Assembly: GCA_965116025.1 (NCBI GenBank)
Contig: OZ220480.1
Span: forward strand, 32,001-96,000
Origin: an uncultured candidatus Porisulfidus sp.
GTDB lineage: Bacteria; Pseudomonadota; Gammaproteobacteria; Poriferisulfidales; Poriferisulfidaceae
DNA length: 64,000 nucleotides
Reading direction: 5' to 3'
Shown here: positions 11,434 through 23,400 of the stretch, piece by piece
How positions within the stretch are numbered: position 1 is the stretch's first letter
Layout of the letters: each line of letters opens with the position of its first letter
Notes under the pieces: model-generated
What the model was told of the DNA's origin: nothing
Seen by the model: the letters and a program-made list of their open reading frames with translations, nothing else
The model's database searches: none
Translations under genes and position numbers: made by a program

Positions 11434-12447
11434 TCAGAATAGCGGCGTGCGTCCGCGCACCAAATCCGCGGGCGGCCAATTCTCTATCGTCATGCCCAGC
11501 GTCAGCTCGCGCTTCGCCAGAGCCTGTATGATTTCCGAGACGGTCTTGATCCCGATGTTCGGGGTCTGCTTCATCAGCTCGTCCTCGCTCTTCTGCACCA
11601 GATCGCCCACGAAGAATATGCTTTCCTGCTTGAGGTTGTTGATCGAGCGCACGCCCAGTTCCAACTCGTCGATCGGCAACTTGAAGACCGGATTGACCTC
11701 GGTCACGCGCGTCTGCACCGGGCGCGCGACCTCGCCTTCCAACCCGACCAGCACCGACAGTTGCTCGCTCAGAATCACCGCGGCCATGCGGATGATCTCT
11801 TCCGGCTCCACCGTGCCGTTGGTCTCCAGGGTCAGCACCAGCCGGTCCAAGTCCGTGCGCCGTTCCACGCGGGTATTCTCCACGTGGTAGGCCACCCGAC
11901 GGATCGGGCTGAAGCTAGCGTCCAGCAACAGGGATCCAATGGCGTGCTCCTGATCGTCGCGCCGCCGGACCGGCACCGGGACGTAGCCGCGACCCCGCTC
12001 GACCTTCATCGTCATGTCCAGCGAGCCGTTCTTGGCCAAGCGCGCGATCACGTGCTCTGGATTGGCGATCTCGACATCATGACCCAACTCGATATCGCCA
12101 GCGCGCACGATCCGTTCGCCGCCATCACCCTCCGCGCCACTCTCGCGCAGGCGCAACTCGGTCTTGACTCGCTCATGCATGCGGATGGCGACGCCCTTGA
12201 GATTCAGCAAGATGTCTACCACGTCTTCCTGCACTCCGTCAATCGTGTCGTATTCATGATTGACGCCCTCGATCTCAACCTCGGTGATGGCCGAGCCTGG
12301 GATGGAGGACAATAGGACCCGGCGCAACGCGTTCCCCAGCGTATGCCCGAATCCGCGCTCCATCGGCTCCAGCACCACGCGCGCCTCGCGTCCGGCCGTG
12401 TACTTGGCTTCCACCACGCGCGGCACCATCAACTCACTGCTCAGCAT
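11434..12447 (-). CDS. rpoA: RNA polymerase alpha subunit
   Basis: [22 protein letters not shown]; alpha operon position. Confidence 0.98.
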   Translation of the reverse strand: MLSSELMVPRVVEAKYTAGREARVVLEPMERGFGHTLGNALRRVLLSSIPGSAITEVEIEGVNHEYDTIDGVQEDVVDILLNLKGVAIRMHERVKTELRLRESGAEGDGGERIVRAGDIELGHDVEIANPEHVIARLAKNGSLDMTMKVERGRGYVPVPVRRRDDQEHAIGSLLLDASFSPIRRVAYHVENTRVERRTDLDRLVLTLETNGTVEPEEIIRMAAVILSEQLSVLVGLEGEVARPVQTRVTEVNPVFKLPIDELELGVRSINNLKQESIFFVGDLVQKSEDELMKQTPNIGIKTVSEIIQALAKRELTLGMTIENWPPADLVRGRTPLF

Positions 12448-12467
12448 TCTTCCCGTCCTCTTCCGGA

Positions 12468-13097
12468 TTATTTCGAATAAAACTCAACGACCAGAGACTC
12501 GTTGATCTCCCGATACACCTCATCGCGCCCAGGGGGCTGCTTGAAGGTTCCCCGGAACTGGTCGAAATCGACCTCCACCCAGTCCGGGAGTCCCTGCTGC
12601 TTGACGATAGCGATGGCGTCACGGATCCGAACCTGCCCGCGCGTATTCTCACGCACCGCGACCACGTCGCCGGAAGCCACGGAGTAAGACGGGACGTTGA
12701 CCACCTTGCCGTTCACCTCGATCCCCTTGTGCGAGACGATCTGGCGGCATTCCGCGCGAGTCGCGCCAAACCCCATCCGATACACCACGTTGTCGAGCCT
12801 GCACTCCAGCAGGCGCAACAGGTTCTCGCCCGTCGATCCCTTGCCCCGCGAGGCTTTCTGGTAGTAATTTCGAAACTGCCGCTCGAGCACGCCATAAAGG
12901 CGGCGCAACTTCTGCTTCTCGCGCAATTGCAACCCGTAGTCGGAGACCCGCGGTCGCCGGCCGCCACGCCCTCCTTTGCTGCCCGGCGGAACGTCGATCT
13001 TGCATTTCTTAGCCAACTCGCGCGCTGGCGACTTGAGCTCCAGATTCGAGCCCTCGCGCCGCATGAGCTTGCATCGGGGTCCGAGATAGCGCGCCAC
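12468..13097 (-). CDS. rpsD: 30S ribosomal protein S4
   Basis: [30 protein letters not shown]. Confidence 0.98.
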   Translation of the reverse strand: MARYLGPRCKLMRREGSNLELKSPARELAKKCKIDVPPGSKGGRGGRRPRVSDYGLQLREKQKLRRLYGVLERQFRNYYQKASRGKGSTGENLLRLLECRLDNVVYRMGFGATRAECRQIVSHKGIEVNGKVVNVPSYSVASGDVVAVRENTRGQVRIRDAIAIVKQQGLPDWVEVDFDQFRGTFKQPPGRDEVYREINESLVVEFYSK

Positions 13098-13107
13098 GGG
13101 ACCGCCC

Positions 13108-13515
13108 TCAGACGCGGCGCCGCTTCGGCGGGCGGCAACCGTTGTGCGGAATCGGGGTGATATCCCGGATATTAGTGATCCGGAAGCCGTTGGCGTTCAG
13201 CCCCCGCATCGCCGACTCGCGGCCGGGTCCCGGCCCGCGCACTCGAACTTCCAGATTCCGGATCCCGAACTCCAGAGCTTCCTTGCCCGCCCGACTGGCC
13301 GCCACCTGGGCGGCGAATGGCGTGCTCTTGCGGGAACCCTTGAAGCCAGCCCCCCCAGAAGTCGCCCAACACAGCGTGTTGCCCTGCAAATCGGTGATGG
13401 TCACGATCGTGTTGTTGAAGGAGGCGCGAATATGCGCGATTCCGTCGGTCAGGGTCCGGCGGACCTTCTTACGGGAACGAGACGCGGCCTTGGGCCTGGA
13501 CTTGGGAGCGGCCAT
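13108..13515 (-). CDS. rpsK: 30S ribosomal protein S11
   Basis: [35 protein letters not shown]. Confidence 0.98.
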   Translation of the reverse strand: MAAPKSRPKAASRSRKKVRRTLTDGIAHIRASFNNTIVTITDLQGNTLCWATSGGAGFKGSRKSTPFAAQVAASRAGKEALEFGIRNLEVRVRGPGPGRESAMRGLNANGFRITNIRDITPIPHNGCRPPKRRRV

Positions 13516-13518
13516 AGG

Positions 13519-13875
13519 TTACTTCCGGATGGGACGGCGCGGTCCTTTTCGGGTGCGCGCATTGGTTCTGGTACGCTGGCCACGCAGCGGCAAACCACGC
13601 CGATGACGCACCCCCCGGTAGCAGCCCAAGTCCATCAAGCGCTTGATGTTCATAGCGGTCTCGCGGCGCAGGTCGCCCTCAATGGCGCGCTTGCCGACCG
13701 CCTCGCGCAACGCGCCGAGCTCGGCCTCGCTGAGAGCGCCAAGCTTCGCCGCCGGATTCACCGAGCAAGCCGCGCAAATCTCCCGGGCGCGAGAGCCGCC
13801 GATTCCGTAGACGGACTGCAACGCGATCACCGTGTGCTTGTGATCAGGCAGATTGACGCCAGCGATTCGTGCCAT
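13519..13875 (-). CDS. rpsM: 30S ribosomal protein S13
   Basis: [22 protein letters not shown]. Confidence 0.98.
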   Translation of the reverse strand: MARIAGVNLPDHKHTVIALQSVYGIGGSRAREICAACSVNPAAKLGALSEAELGALREAVGKRAIEGDLRRETAMNIKRLMDLGCYRGVRHRRGLPLRGQRTRTNARTRKGPRRPIRK

Positions 13876-13917
13876 GGTTTCTTGTATTCCTCGCGTAAAC
13901 GGATTATCTTACCTTAA

Positions 13918-14031
13918 TTAGCCCTGCCGCTGCTTGTGGCGCGGAATTTTGCAGATCACGCGCAGGACTCCGTTGCGCCGCACGATCTTGCAGTGGCGGC
14001 AGATTCGCTTGACCGAAGCCTGTACTTTCAT
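13918..14031 (-). CDS. rpmJ: 50S ribosomal protein L36 (zinc-binding type; not in the ORF track)
   Basis: Manual translation [37 protein letters not shown]. Confidence 0.96.
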   Translation of the reverse strand: MKVQASVKRICRHCKIVRRNGVLRVICKIPRHKQRQG

Positions 14032-14041
14032 GGGAACCTCC

Positions 14042-15352
14042 TCATCGCAAAAGGCCGCGAGAGCGCATGCCCTTCGCTTCGGCCTTCTTCAGCAATCCTT
14101 CGTATTGATGGGACATCAGGTGGGTCTGCAGCTGAGCGATGAAATCCATCACCACCACCACGATGATCAGGAGCGAGGTGCCCCCGAAATAAAACGGCAC
14201 GCTCAGCCCTAAGATAAGAAATTCTGGCAGCAAGCAAACGAACACGATGTACAGCGCGCCGACCGCGGTCAGACGGGTCATCACGGTGTCGATGTAGCGG
14301 GCCGTGCGCTCGCCCGGACGAATGCCCGGAATGAACGCGCCCGAGCGCTTCAGATTGTCCGCGGTGTCCTTGGAGTCGTACACCAGCGCGGTGTAGAAAA
14401 AGCAGAAGAACGCGATGGCGAGCGCGTAGAACAAGACGTACAGCGGCTGCCCCGGAGCCAGAGTGGACGAGATGTCGCGGAGCCACCCCATGCCCTCGGT
14501 CGAGCCGGCCCACTGCCCGAAGGTGGCCGGAAACAAAATGATGCTGGACGCGAAGATCGGGGGGATGACGCCCGCCATGTTGAGCTTGAACGGGAGGTGG
14601 GTGGACTGCATGGCCACGTGCCGTCCCTGCTGCTGCCGGGCGTAGTTGACCGTGATGCGGCGCTGCCCGCGCTCGACGAAAACCACGAACGCCGTGATGG
14701 CGAGCACGAGAGCGAACAGGAACACCACCAGCGCGGCCGACAGCTCGCCGGTGCTGGCCAGCTCCAGCGTGCCGCCGACCGCGGTCGGCAGGCCCGCGAC
14801 GATGCTGGTGAAGATGATCAGGGAAATGCCATTGCCGATGCCGCGCTCCGTGATCTGCTCGCCCAGCCACATCAAGAACATGGTTCCCGTGACCAGGGTG
14901 ATGACGGCGGTGATCACGAAGCCGTACCCGGCGTACAGCGCGATGCCCTGACTTTGCAGCGCCACCGACACGCCACCGGCCTGGAAGGTGGCCAGCGCCA
15001 AAGTGCCGTAGCGCGTGTACTGGGTGATCTGGCGCCGCCCCTGCTCCCCTTCCTTGCGCAGTTCCTTGAGGCTGGGAAGCACCGCGGTCATCAGCTGCAT
15101 GATGATCGCCGCCGAGATGTAGGGCATGATGCCGAGCGCGAGGATGCTGAGCCGCTCCAGCGCTCCTCCCGAGAACATGTTGAACAGATCGATGATGGTC
15201 CCGCTCTGCTGCTCGAAGAAGCGAGCCAAGGCGTTGGGATCCACGCCCGGCACCGGGATGTAGGTCCCGACGCGGTACACGACCAAGGCCCCGACCACGA
15301 ACAGCAAGCGCTGGCGAAGCTCGGCGAAAGGCGAGGCTTTGGGCGGCGGCAT
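14042..15352 (-). CDS. secY: Preprotein translocase SecY
   Basis: [31 protein letters not shown]. Confidence 0.98.
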   Translation of the reverse strand: MPPPKASPFAELRQRLLFVVGALVVYRVGTYIPVPGVDPNALARFFEQQSGTIIDLFNMFSGGALERLSILALGIMPYISAAIIMQLMTAVLPSLKELRKEGEQGRRQITQYTRYGTLALATFQAGGVSVALQSQGIALYAGYGFVITAVITLVTGTMFLMWLGEQITERGIGNGISLIIFTSIVAGLPTAVGGTLELASTGELSAALVVFLFALVLAITAFVVFVERGQRRITVNYARQQQGRHVAMQSTHLPFKLNMAGVIPPIFASSIILFPATFGQWAGSTEGMGWLRDISSTLAPGQPLYVLFYALAIAFFCFFYTALVYDSKDTADNLKRSGAFIPGIRPGERTARYIDTVMTRLTAVGALYIVFVCLLPEFLILGLSVPFYFGGTSLLIIVVVVMDFIAQLQTHLMSHQYEGLLKKAEAKGMRSRGLLR

Positions 15353-15356
15353 GGCC

Positions 15357-15788
15357 CTACTCCCGGATCTCCCCGCCGGCGGTCTTGATGGCCTTCCGCG
15401 CGCCGCTCGTCACGGCGACTCCCTCCACGACATAAGGCCGGCCCAGAACGCCGCGCAGCATGATTTTCGCGCGCGCCGCGCGCTTCGGGATCAGCCCGGC
15501 GCCACGCAGGGATTCCAAGGTGACGACCGGCTCCTCCAGCCGCGCCAGACGGTCGGTGCCAACCTCGGCGCTCGGTTCCCGGCGCGTGCGGAAGCCGGAT
15601 TTCGGCAGACGCCGCTGCAGAGGCATCTGCCCGCCCTCGAAACCCACCTTGTGATAGCCTCCAGAACGCGATTTCTGACCCTTGTGGCCGCGTCCCGCGG
15701 TCTTGCCGCGCCCGCTGCCGATCCCTCGTCCCACTCGCTTACGCGGACGACGGCTACCGGACGGGCGGCTCAGTTCGTTGAGGCGCAT
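15357..15788 (-). CDS. rplO: 50S ribosomal protein L15
   Basis: [29 protein letters not shown]. Confidence 0.97.
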   Translation of the reverse strand: MRLNELSRPSGSRRPRKRVGRGIGSGRGKTAGRGHKGQKSRSGGYHKVGFEGGQMPLQRRLPKSGFRTRREPSAEVGTDRLARLEEPVVTLESLRGAGLIPKRAARAKIMLRGVLGRPYVVEGVAVTSGARKAIKTAGGEIRE

Positions 15789-15970
15789 CAGTTCTCCTCC
15801 ACCTTCAGCAGGTACTCGACCTTGCGGATCATGCCGCGGTTCTGCGGCGTGTCCTCGACCTCGACGGTCTGACGCAGACGGCGCAGGCCCAGCCCGCGCG
15901 CGCAGGCCCGGTGCCGAGGCAAACGGCCGATCAGGCTCCGCACCAAGGTGACTCTCACGCTTTTCGCCAT
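15788..15970 (-). CDS. rpmD: 50S ribosomal protein L30
   Basis: [31 protein letters not shown]. Confidence 0.95.
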   Translation of the reverse strand: MAKSVRVTLVRSLIGRLPRHRACARGLGLRRLRQTVEVEDTPQNRGMIRKVEYLLKVEEN

Positions 15971-16485
15971 CGCATTCGCTCCTTCATCTCGGTTGCCGGC
16001 TTGCCCAGCTTCTCGGCCACTCGCTCCGGCGACTGGATGGACCGCAATCCCTGGAGCGTGGCGTGGACGGTGTTGATGGGATTGCGCGAGCCGATGCATT
16101 TGGCGAGCACGTCGCGCACGCCCAGCACCTCGAACACGGCGCGCATGGGTCCGCCGGCGATGATTCCCGTTCCTTCGGAAGCGGGCTGCATGTACACTCG
16201 CGCCGCGCCGTGCCGGCCGACGACCGGATAGTGCAGGGTTCCGTCGCGCAACGGCACCGCGACCATGGAGTGCCGCGCCTTCTCCATGCTCTTCTGGATG
16301 GCCAGCGGCACCTCGCGCGCCTTTCCATAGCCGACCCCGACGCGACCGGCGCGGTCGCCGACCACGGTCAGCGCGGTGAAGCCGAACTGCCGGCCTCCCT
16401 TCACGACCTTGGCCACGCGATTGACCGTGATCATCTTCTCGACCAGATCCTCGCTGCCCTGCAGGGTTTCCAGATTCGTCGCCAT
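15955..16485 (-). CDS. rpsE: 30S ribosomal protein S5
   Basis: [27 protein letters not shown]. Confidence 0.97.
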   Translation of the reverse strand: MATNLETLQGSEDLVEKMITVNRVAKVVKGGRQFGFTALTVVGDRAGRVGVGYGKAREVPLAIQKSMEKARHSMVAVPLRDGTLHYPVVGRHGAARVYMQPASEGTGIIAGGPMRAVFEVLGVRDVLAKCIGSRNPINTVHATLQGLRSIQSPERVAEKLGKPATEMKERMRWRKA

Positions 16486-16495
16486 TCTCGTCTCC

Positions 16496-16852
16496 TTAAA
16501 AATTCAGTCCGGCCTCGCGCGCGGCTTCCGCCAGCGCCCGCACGCGACCATGGTATCGGAATCGCCCACGATCGAACCAGATGTCTTTGACCTTCGCCTC
16601 GAGCGCGCGTTCCGCCACCACGCGCCCGACCCGCGCGGCCGCCGCGCGGTCTCCCGTGGCCTTGAGCTCCTCGCGCACGCCTGGACCCAGAGTAGACGCC
16701 TGAGCGACCACCCGCTTTCCATCCGGGCTGATCACTTGGGCGTACATGTGCCGCAACGTTCGGTGCACGGTCAGCCGATACCGCTCGGACTCCTCCAGCC
16801 GGGAGCGAACCCGGCGGACCCGACGGCGCGCGGTCCTGTCGATCCGGCTCAT
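16496..16852 (-). CDS. rplR: 50S ribosomal protein L18
   Basis: [26 protein letters not shown]. Confidence 0.96.
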   Translation of the reverse strand: MSRIDRTARRRVRRVRSRLEESERYRLTVHRTLRHMYAQVISPDGKRVVAQASTLGPGVREELKATGDRAAAARVGRVVAERALEAKVKDIWFDRGRFRYHGRVRALAEAAREAGLNF

Positions 16853-17373
16853 TTCTTCTTCGCCTCCTTGCGCAAGACCTGCTCGTCGCTGTACCGCACG
16901 CCCTTGCCCTTGTAGGGCTCCGGAGGGCGGTACGCGCGGATCTCCGCGGCCGCCTGTCCCACTTTCTGCTTGTCGATCCCGGACACCACCACCTCGGTCT
17001 GACTGGGCGCTCGCAGGGTCACCCCGTCAGGCGCGACATAAACGATCGGATGCGAGAATCCAAGACTCAGATTCAAGGTCTCGCCTTGCATCCGCGCCCG
17101 ATAGCCCACCCCGACCAATTCCAGCTTCTTCGAGTATTCTTCCTGAACTCCCTTGACATGGTTCCAGAGCAGGGAATTCATGGTGCCCGCCAGCGCGGAG
17201 GCCTGCGGCGGAGCCTCGACGCGCACCACGCGATTCTCCTCGCGAACGCGGACTGGCTCAGGCACACGCAACGTCAGCTCTCCCTTCGGACCCTTGATTC
17301 TCGCCCGCCGCCCGTCCAGAGAGAACTCGACCTGGTCCGGCAACGGGATGGGGCGACTCGCGATTCTCGACAT
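16849..17373 (-). CDS. rplF: 50S ribosomal protein L6
   Basis: GVGYRA..RPPEPYKGKGVRY. Confidence 0.97.
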   Translation of the reverse strand: MSRIASRPIPLPDQVEFSLDGRRARIKGPKGELTLRVPEPVRVREENRVVRVEAPPQASALAGTMNSLLWNHVKGVQEEYSKKLELVGVGYRARMQGETLNLSLGFSHPIVYVAPDGVTLRAPSQTEVVVSGIDKQKVGQAAAEIRAYRPPEPYKGKGVRYSDEQVLRKEAKKK

Positions 17374-17376
17374 CGG

Positions 17377-17772
17377 TCACTCCACGACGCAGAGAATCTC
17401 GCCGCCATGCCCGCCCTTGCGGGCCTCATGGTCGGCCATGACGCCGCGCGAGGTCGACACGATCGCGACGCCCAGACCGCCCCGGACCCAAGGCAGCTCG
17501 CGCGCGCCGCGGTAGACGCGCAACCCAGGTCGGCTCACCCGACGCAAACGGGCGATCACCGGTTGGCCCTCGTGGTACTTCAGGCGGATCCGAAGGCGGT
17601 CGCAGGGCTGAGCCTTCTCGACCTTGTAGCCAATCAGATAACCCTCGTCGCGCAGCACCTTGACGATCGCCTCGCGATGCCTCGAGTATTCCATTTCCAC
17701 GGTATCGTGCCGCGCCTGCTGGGCGTTGCGGACGCGCGTCAGCATATCGGCGACCGGATCTTGCATGCTCAT
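17377..17772 (-). CDS. rpsH: 30S ribosomal protein S8
   Basis: [25 protein letters not shown]. Confidence 0.97.
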   Translation of the reverse strand: MSMQDPVADMLTRVRNAQQARHDTVEMEYSRHREAIVKVLRDEGYLIGYKVEKAQPCDRLRIRLKYHEGQPVIARLRRVSRPGLRVYRGARELPWVRGGLGVAIVSTSRGVMADHEARKGGHGGEILCVVE

Positions 17773-17782
17773 GATTCTCTCC

Positions 17783-18088
17783 TCACCAGCTGGACTTGGT
17801 CAGTCCGGGGATATCCCCGCGCATGGCCGCCTCGCGCAGCTTGTTGCGGCCGAGCCCGAAACGCCGGTAATACCCGCGCGGGCGGCCGGTGATGCCGCAA
17901 CGATTGCGCAGGCGCATCGGCGACGAGTCGCGCGGCATCTTCTGGAGCGACTCCTGGGCCGCCACGCGCTGCTCCAGCGTGCTTTTCGGATCCTTGACGA
18001 TAGCGCGCAGCTCGGCGCGGCGCTTGGCGTAGCGACTCACCGCGCGCTGGCGCCGCAGGTCTCTTTGAATCATGCTGACTTTGGCCAT
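17783..18088 (-). CDS. rpsN: 30S ribosomal protein S14
   Basis: [21 protein letters not shown]. Confidence 0.97.
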   Translation of the reverse strand: MAKVSMIQRDLRRQRAVSRYAKRRAELRAIVKDPKSTLEQRVAAQESLQKMPRDSSPMRLRNRCGITGRPRGYYRRFGLGRNKLREAAMRGDIPGLTKSSW

Positions 18089-18091
18089 TCC

Positions 18092-18631
18092 TCAACTCCG
18101 TAGGGGAAACTTGAACGCGCGCAGAAGCGCCTCGGCCTGGGCATCGTCGCGAGCGTTGGTGGTGATGGTCACGTCCAGTCCCCGCATCTGATCGATGTTG
18201 TCGTAGTCGATCTCGGGGAAGACGATCTGCTCGGGAACGCCGAGGCTGTAATTGCCACGCCCGTCGAAAGAGCGCCGTGGCAGTCCGCGGAAATCGCGCA
18301 TCCGGGGAATCACGATATTGATCAGCCGGTCCAGAAACTCGTACATCAGAACCCGGCGCAAGGTCACCCGGCAACCGACCGGCCAGCCTTCCCGGATCGA
18401 GAATCCGGCCACCGATTTGCGCGCCCGGGTCACCACCGGCTTCTGGCTGGTAACGCGCCGCAGATCGTCCAGCGCGTTCTCAATAATTTTCTTGTCGCGC
18501 CCGCTCGCCCCCAGCCCCATGTTCAGAGTGATCTTCTCGAGCCGGGGCACGGCCATCGGACTACTCACGCTCAACTCTTCCCGCAAGCGGGGAAGGATCT
18601 CCTCTAGATACTGTCGCTTCAAACGAGCCAT
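18092..18631 (-). CDS. rplE: 50S ribosomal protein L5
   Basis: [35 protein letters not shown]. Confidence 0.97.
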   Translation of the reverse strand: MARLKRQYLEEILPRLREELSVSSPMAVPRLEKITLNMGLGASGRDKKIIENALDDLRRVTSQKPVVTRARKSVAGFSIREGWPVGCRVTLRRVLMYEFLDRLINIVIPRMRDFRGLPRRSFDGRGNYSLGVPEQIVFPEIDYDNIDQMRGLDVTITTNARDDAQAEALLRAFKFPLRS

Positions 18632-18638
18632 GATCGCC

Positions 18639-18956
18639 TCAGATGTCGATGACTTCGTTGTTGGACTTGAAGAAGCGCACTTTGCGGCCATCCTCCAAGG
18701 TGCGGAAACCGATTCGGTCCGGACGGTCGGTGGTCGGGTTGTAGATCTGCAGATTGGAGAGATCCAGCGGCGCCTCGCTCTCCAGGATTCCGCCTTTTCG
18801 CCCCGCCCGCGGGTCCGGCTTGACATGCTTCTTCACCATGTTCAGGCCCTCCACGAGCGCCCGGCCGTCGGGTAGCACGCGCGACACGGTGCCCTGCTGA
18901 CCTCGATCTTTGCCAGCCATGACCACGACCGTGTCGCCTTTTCGAATTCTGTTCAT
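18639..18956 (-). CDS. rplX: 50S ribosomal protein L24
   Basis: [19 protein letters not shown] motif. Confidence 0.97.
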   Translation of the reverse strand: MNRIRKGDTVVVMAGKDRGQQGTVSRVLPDGRALVEGLNMVKKHVKPDPRAGRKGGILESEAPLDLSNLQIYNPTTDRPDRIGFRTLEDGRKVRFFKSNNEVIDI

Positions 18957-18963
18957 GACCGCC

Positions 18964-19332
18964 TCACAGGACCTCCGGCGCCAGAGAGATGATCTTCATG
19001 AATTTCTCCGAGCGCAGCTCCCGGGTCACCGGTCCGAACACGCGCGTGCCGATCGGCTGCATCTGGTTATTGAGCAACACGGCGGCGTTGCGGTCGAAGC
19101 GGATCAACGAGCCGTCGGGGCGCCGGACGCCGCGCGCCGCGCGCACGACCACCGCGTTGAGCACGTCTCCCTTGCGCACCTTGCCGCGCGGGATCGCGTC
19201 CTTGACGCTGACCTTGATCACGTCGCCGATGCGCGCGTAGCGCCGGCGCGAACCGCCCAGCACCTTGATGCACTGCACCTTGCGCGCGCCGCTGTTGTCG
19301 GCCGCGTCCAGCATGGTCTCGACCTGGATCAC
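18964..19332 (-). CDS. rplN: 50S ribosomal protein L14
   Basis: GTG start; [25 protein letters not shown]. Confidence 0.97.
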   Translation of the reverse strand: MIQVETMLDAADNSGARKVQCIKVLGGSRRRYARIGDVIKVSVKDAIPRGKVRKGDVLNAVVVRAARGVRRPDGSLIRFDRNAAVLLNNQMQPIGTRVFGPVTRELRSEKFMKIISLAPEVL

Positions 19333-19589
19333 GAGCGCCCCTCCGCCGCGTCGAGGACCTCGACGAGCTCCCACGCCTTGCGCTTGGAACGCGGGCGGCA
19401 TTCGCGAATCCGCACGCGATCGCCCACGCGCGCCTGGTTGTCCTCGTCGTGCACCAGCAATCTGGTCGACCGGCGAATGTACTTACCGTATAAGGGATGG
19501 CGCAACTGGCGCGTCACCCGGACCGACGCGGTCTTGTCCATCCGGTCGCCGACCACCTGGCCGACCTCGGAACGAATTCTCTCGCTCAT
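19329..19589 (-). CDS. rpsQ: 30S ribosomal protein S17
   Basis: [28 protein letters not shown]. Confidence 0.96.
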   Translation of the reverse strand: MSERIRSEVGQVVGDRMDKTASVRVTRQLRHPLYGKYIRRSTRLLVHDEDNQARVGDRVRIRECRPRSKRKAWELVEVLDAAEGRS

Positions 19590-19786
19590 TTTCCAGCTCC
19601 CCGCCGACGTTCCGTCAGCAATGTCTTGACTCGGGCGATATCGCGGCGCGTTTCCCGGATGGCGTGATTCCGCGCCAGTTGCCCGGAGCGCAACTGCATC
19701 CGCATCTCGAATTCGGAGCGACGAAGGCGCGTCAGCTCCGCGCGCAGACTCGCGTCGTCCTTCGCGCGCAAGGTCGGCATATCCAT
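19586..19786 (-). CDS. rpmC: 50S ribosomal protein L29
   Basis: FEMRMQ..GQL..RRDIARVKT; position between rplP and rpsQ. Confidence 0.94.
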   Translation of the reverse strand: MDMPTLRAKDDASLRAELTRLRRSEFEMRMQLRSGQLARNHAIRETRRDIARVKTLLTERRRGAGK

Positions 19787-20199
19787 CAGGCGAGCGTCCG
19801 GCGCGCGAACGTGGTCTGGACCGGCAACTTGGCGTCGGCGCGGCGAAACGCCTCGCGCGCGAGGTCCTCCTGGACGCCCTCGATCTCGTAGAGCATACGC
19901 CCAGGCTGGATCTTCGCCACCCAATACTCGACGTTGCCCTTGCCCTTGCCCTGACGCGATTCCAGCGGTTTCTTGGTAACCGGCACGTCCGGAAACACGC
20001 GGATCCAAATCTTTCCGCCACGCCGAATGTGACGCGTCATGGCGCGCCGCGCGGCCTCGATCTGGCGCGCCGTCAGGCGCCCGCCGGTGATCGCCTTCAG
20101 GCCATACTCGCCAAAGCTGACCTTGTGCCCACGCTGCGACAGGCCCCGATTACGGCCTTTCTGCTGCTTGCGGTAGCGGGTGCGCTTGGGTTGCATCAT
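19786..20199 (-). CDS. rplP: 50S ribosomal protein L16
   Basis: [23 protein letters not shown]. Confidence 0.98.
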   Translation of the reverse strand: MMQPKRTRYRKQQKGRNRGLSQRGHKVSFGEYGLKAITGGRLTARQIEAARRAMTRHIRRGGKIWIRVFPDVPVTKKPLESRQGKGKGNVEYWVAKIQPGRMLYEIEGVQEDLAREAFRRADAKLPVQTTFARRTLA

Positions 20200-20223
20200 G
20201 GCGGCGTTCTCCGTCGACCTCCG

Positions 20224-20883
20224 CTATTTGCCGAGCGATCCGTCCAGACCGCCGACCTCGCCGTTGAATATCCAAGCCTTGACGCCGATGACGCCGTAGG
20301 TGGTGCGCGCCTCGGCGAAGCCGTAGTCGATATCCGCGCGCAGGGTGTGCAGCGGGACCCGTCCCTCCCGGCACCATTCGCTCCGCGCGATCTCCGCGCC
20401 ATTGAGACGCCCGGCCACGTTCAGCTTGATCCCCTGAACGCCCAGACGCATGGCGTTCTGCACCGCCCGCTTCATGGCGCGGCGGTACATGATGCGGCCC
20501 TCCAGTTGCTGGGCGACGCTCTCGGCCACCAGATGAGCGTCCACTTCCGGATTGTGGATCTCGTCGATGTTGACCTTGAGCGCGCCCAAGGCCAGCCCCA
20601 TCATGCGCGCCACCTCGCGGCGCAGAAGCTCGATATCGTTGCCCTTCTTGCCGATCACGATGCCTGGACGGGCGGTGTGAATCGTGATTTCCGCGGTGTC
20701 GTTGCGCCGCTCGATCCGGATGCGGCTGACTGAGGCCTGCGCCAGTCTCCGGCGCAGGAAGTCACGCACCAAAAGATCGTTATTGAGCTGATCGCGGTAC
20801 TCGTCCCGCTCCGCGTACCAGTTCGAGTTCCAGTCCGTGATGACGCCGAGGCGAAACCCGATCGGATTGACTTTCTGTCCCAT
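20224..20883 (-). CDS. rpsC: 30S ribosomal protein S3
   Basis: [35 protein letters not shown]. Confidence 0.98.
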   Translation of the reverse strand: MGQKVNPIGFRLGVITDWNSNWYAERDEYRDQLNNDLLVRDFLRRRLAQASVSRIRIERRNDTAEITIHTARPGIVIGKKGNDIELLRREVARMMGLALGALKVNIDEIHNPEVDAHLVAESVAQQLEGRIMYRRAMKRAVQNAMRLGVQGIKLNVAGRLNGAEIARSEWCREGRVPLHTLRADIDYGFAEARTTYGVIGVKAWIFNGEVGGLDGSLGK

Positions 20884-20889
20884 CGCTCT

Positions 20890-21237
20890 TTACTCCTTCG
20901 CCTCGCTCAACACGACCGTGATGTGGCTGGAGCGCTTGAGGATCTTGCCCGCCCGGCCCCGCGCCCGTGGACGGAAACGCTTAAGCGTCGGGCCCTCGTC
21001 GACCAAGACCTTGCGCACCCGCAACAGATCCATGTCCCCGCCATGATTATGCTCCGCGTTGGCCAACGCCGATTCCACGGTCTTGCGCAACAGCCGCGCC
21101 GCCTTGTGCGGAGAGAAGCGCAACACCTGCAACGCGTCCCCAACTGGCAGGCCACGCACCTGGTCGGCCACCAGCCGACACTTGCGCGGACTGATCCGCA
21201 GGTGGCGAGCGACGCACCGGGCTTCCTCGTCCATCAC
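20890..21237 (-). CDS. rplV: 50S ribosomal protein L22
   Basis: [26 protein letters not shown]. Confidence 0.97.
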   Translation of the reverse strand: MMDEEARCVARHLRISPRKCRLVADQVRGLPVGDALQVLRFSPHKAARLLRKTVESALANAEHNHGGDMDLLRVRKVLVDEGPTLKRFRPRARGRAGKILKRSSHITVVLSEAKE

Positions 21238-21509
21238 GACTTCGCCTTGCGATCGCCCGCATGTTGCCGGAAAGAGCGCGTCAGGGCGAATTCGCCGAGC
21301 TTGTGCCCCACCATGTTCTCGTTGATCAGCACCGGGATGTGCCGGCGTCCATCGTGCACGGCCAGCGTCAACCCGACCATTTCCGGCACGATCATGGAAC
21401 GCCGCGACCAGGTCTTGATCTGGCGGCGGTCATTGTTCTTGACGGCTTCCCGGACCTTCGCCATCAGGTGATGGTCGACGAACGGGCCTTTCTTCAATGA
21501 GCGTGGCAT
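21234..21509 (-). CDS. rpsS: 30S ribosomal protein S19
   Basis: [23 protein letters not shown]. Confidence 0.98.
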   Translation of the reverse strand: MPRSLKKGPFVDHHLMAKVREAVKNNDRRQIKTWSRRSMIVPEMVGLTLAVHDGRRHIPVLINENMVGHKLGEFALTRSFRQHAGDRKAKS

Positions 21510-21513
21510 GGCG

Positions 21514-22347
21514 TCACCTTTGCTTCTTGCGTCTGCGGCGGACGATCAGGTAGCCGGTCCGCTTGTTGTGGCGGGTCTTGTGCCCCTTGGTCGGCACCCC
21601 CCAAGGGGTGACCGGATGGCGTCCTCCAGAGGTCTTGCCCTCGCCCCCGCCGTGCGGATGATCGACCGGATTCATGGCCACGCCGCGCACCGTCGGGCGC
21701 ACCCCGCGCCAGCGCTTCGCGCCCGCCTTGCCCAGCTTCGCCAAGGAGTGCTCGGAGTTGCCCACCTCGCCGATCACCGCGCGGCATTCGCCCAGCACCC
21801 TGCGCACCTCGCCGGAGCGTAGCCGCAACGTGGCGTAGGCGCCCTCCCGGGCCAACAGTTGCGCGTACGCGCCCGCGCTGCGCGCCAAGCGCGCGCCGCC
21901 GCCAGGCCGAAGCTCCACGCAGTGCGCCACGATGCCCACCGGCATGTTCCGCAACGGCAGGCAGTTGCCCGGGGAGATCGGCGCCTTGTCGCCAGAGATC
22001 ACCTCCATCCCCGCCTTCAGCCCCTCGGCGGCGACGATGTAGCGCCGCTCCCCGTCCGCGTACAGCAACAAGGCGATGCGCGCGCTGCGATTCGGATCGT
22101 ACTCGATTCGTTCCACCCGGGCCGGAACGTCGTCCTTGTCTCGGCGGAAGTCGATGACCCGATAGCGTCGCTTGTGCCCGCCTCCGATGTGCCGGGTCGT
22201 GATGCGGCCTTGATTGTTTCGTCCCCCGGTTTTCGCCTGGCCTCGCACCAAAGCGCGATGCGGCTCCCCGCGATGCAAGTCGGGAGTGCGAACGCTAGCG
22301 CGAAACCGGCGGCCGGGAGAGGTTGGGCGAGACTTGACGATGGTCAT
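21514..22347 (-). CDS. rplB: 50S ribosomal protein L2
   Basis: [30 protein letters not shown]. Confidence 0.98.
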   Translation of the reverse strand: MTIVKSRPTSPGRRFRASVRTPDLHRGEPHRALVRGQAKTGGRNNQGRITTRHIGGGHKRRYRVIDFRRDKDDVPARVERIEYDPNRSARIALLLYADGERRYIVAAEGLKAGMEVISGDKAPISPGNCLPLRNMPVGIVAHCVELRPGGGARLARSAGAYAQLLAREGAYATLRLRSGEVRRVLGECRAVIGEVGNSEHSLAKLGKAGAKRWRGVRPTVRGVAMNPVDHPHGGGEGKTSGGRHPVTPWGVPTKGHKTRHNKRTGYLIVRRRRKKQR

Positions 22348-22775
22348 GCCCCGATCTCCGTGCTCTCGATGCTCTGTCCGGGCGCCAGCCGCACATAGGC
22401 CTTGCTCCAGTGATCGCGGCGACCCTGGCGCTTGCGCTTGCCGCGAACGTTCGCCATTCGCACCGCCTCGACCTCCACTTGGAACAGGCTCTCGACCGCG
22501 CGCTTGACCTCGATCCGGTTCGCGCTCCTCAGCACCTCGAAGACGTATTGCCCGCGCTCCGCAAGATCCACCGATTTCTCGGACATTCGCGCGCCCCGGA
22601 TCACTTGCGCCAAGCGCTCCTCATCGAATTTCTTGACGACGACCGGAACCGGCTTCTCCAAGCGAACATCCTTCTTGGGCTCGAGCTCGACCGCCTTCGG
22701 CTTCTTGATCGCCGGGGCCAGCGGCTTCTTCCGCTCGCGCCGGAAGAAATCCTTGAACTTCCCCCACACGCTCAT
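22344..22775 (-). CDS. rplW: 50S ribosomal protein L23 with N-terminal extension
   Basis: Core [30 protein letters not shown]; ATG overlaps the rplD stop. Confidence 0.93.
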   Translation of the reverse strand: MSVWGKFKDFFRRERKKPLAPAIKKPKAVELEPKKDVRLEKPVPVVVKKFDEERLAQVIRGARMSEKSVDLAERGQYVFEVLRSANRIEVKRAVESLFQVEVEAVRMANVRGKRKRQGRRDHWSKAYVRLAPGQSIESTEIGA

Positions 22776-23389
22776 GACGCCGTCCCTCCCAAGCGCCGCT
22801 CCAGCGGCGCCAGCGCCGAGCGGGTGACCACGACGCGCTCATAGCGCAACAGCGACACCGGATCCACCGCGCCGACCTCGCAAGCGTCCTGATTCGGCAG
22901 ATTGCGCATCGCGAGAAACACGTTCGGCTCCATGCGCTCGACCAGGACCAGCGCGCCGGTCAGTCCGAGCTTCTCGAGCTTCTCGCGCGCCAACCGGGTT
23001 TTCGGCTCCGGCAGATCGAACGACTCCACGACATGCAAACGCTCTTGGCGGAGCAGCTCGGAGAAGATCGAGCGCATCGCGCGCCGGTACATCTTCTTGT
23101 TCATCTTGGCGTCGTACGAACGGTCGTTCGGCGGATGCGCGATTCCGCCGCCGCGCCAGATCGGGGAGCGAACGCTCCCGGCCCGAGCCCGCCCAGTGCC
23201 TTTCTGCCGCCAAGGCTTGGCGCCGCCGCCTCGCACCGCGGCGCGATTCTTCCGCGCCACGGTGCCCGCGCGGCCACGCCGCGCGTAGGTCACCACCGCC
23301 TGATGAACCAGCGCCTCGTGAAACTCCACGGCAAAGCACTCGTCCGCTAGGGTCACGGCCGTCATGGCGTCGCGGGTCATCATCTCCAT
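22772..23389 (-). CDS. rplD: 50S ribosomal protein L4
   Basis: GGGAKPWRQKGTGRARAGS..SPIWRGGG; start could alternatively be 23404. Confidence 0.96.
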   Translation of the reverse strand: MEMMTRDAMTAVTLADECFAVEFHEALVHQAVVTYARRGRAGTVARKNRAAVRGGGAKPWRQKGTGRARAGSVRSPIWRGGGIAHPPNDRSYDAKMNKKMYRRAMRSIFSELLRQERLHVVESFDLPEPKTRLAREKLEKLGLTGALVLVERMEPNVFLAMRNLPNQDACEVGAVDPVSLLRYERVVVTRSALAPLERRLGGTAS

Positions 23390-23400
23390 CGCGTGGGTCC

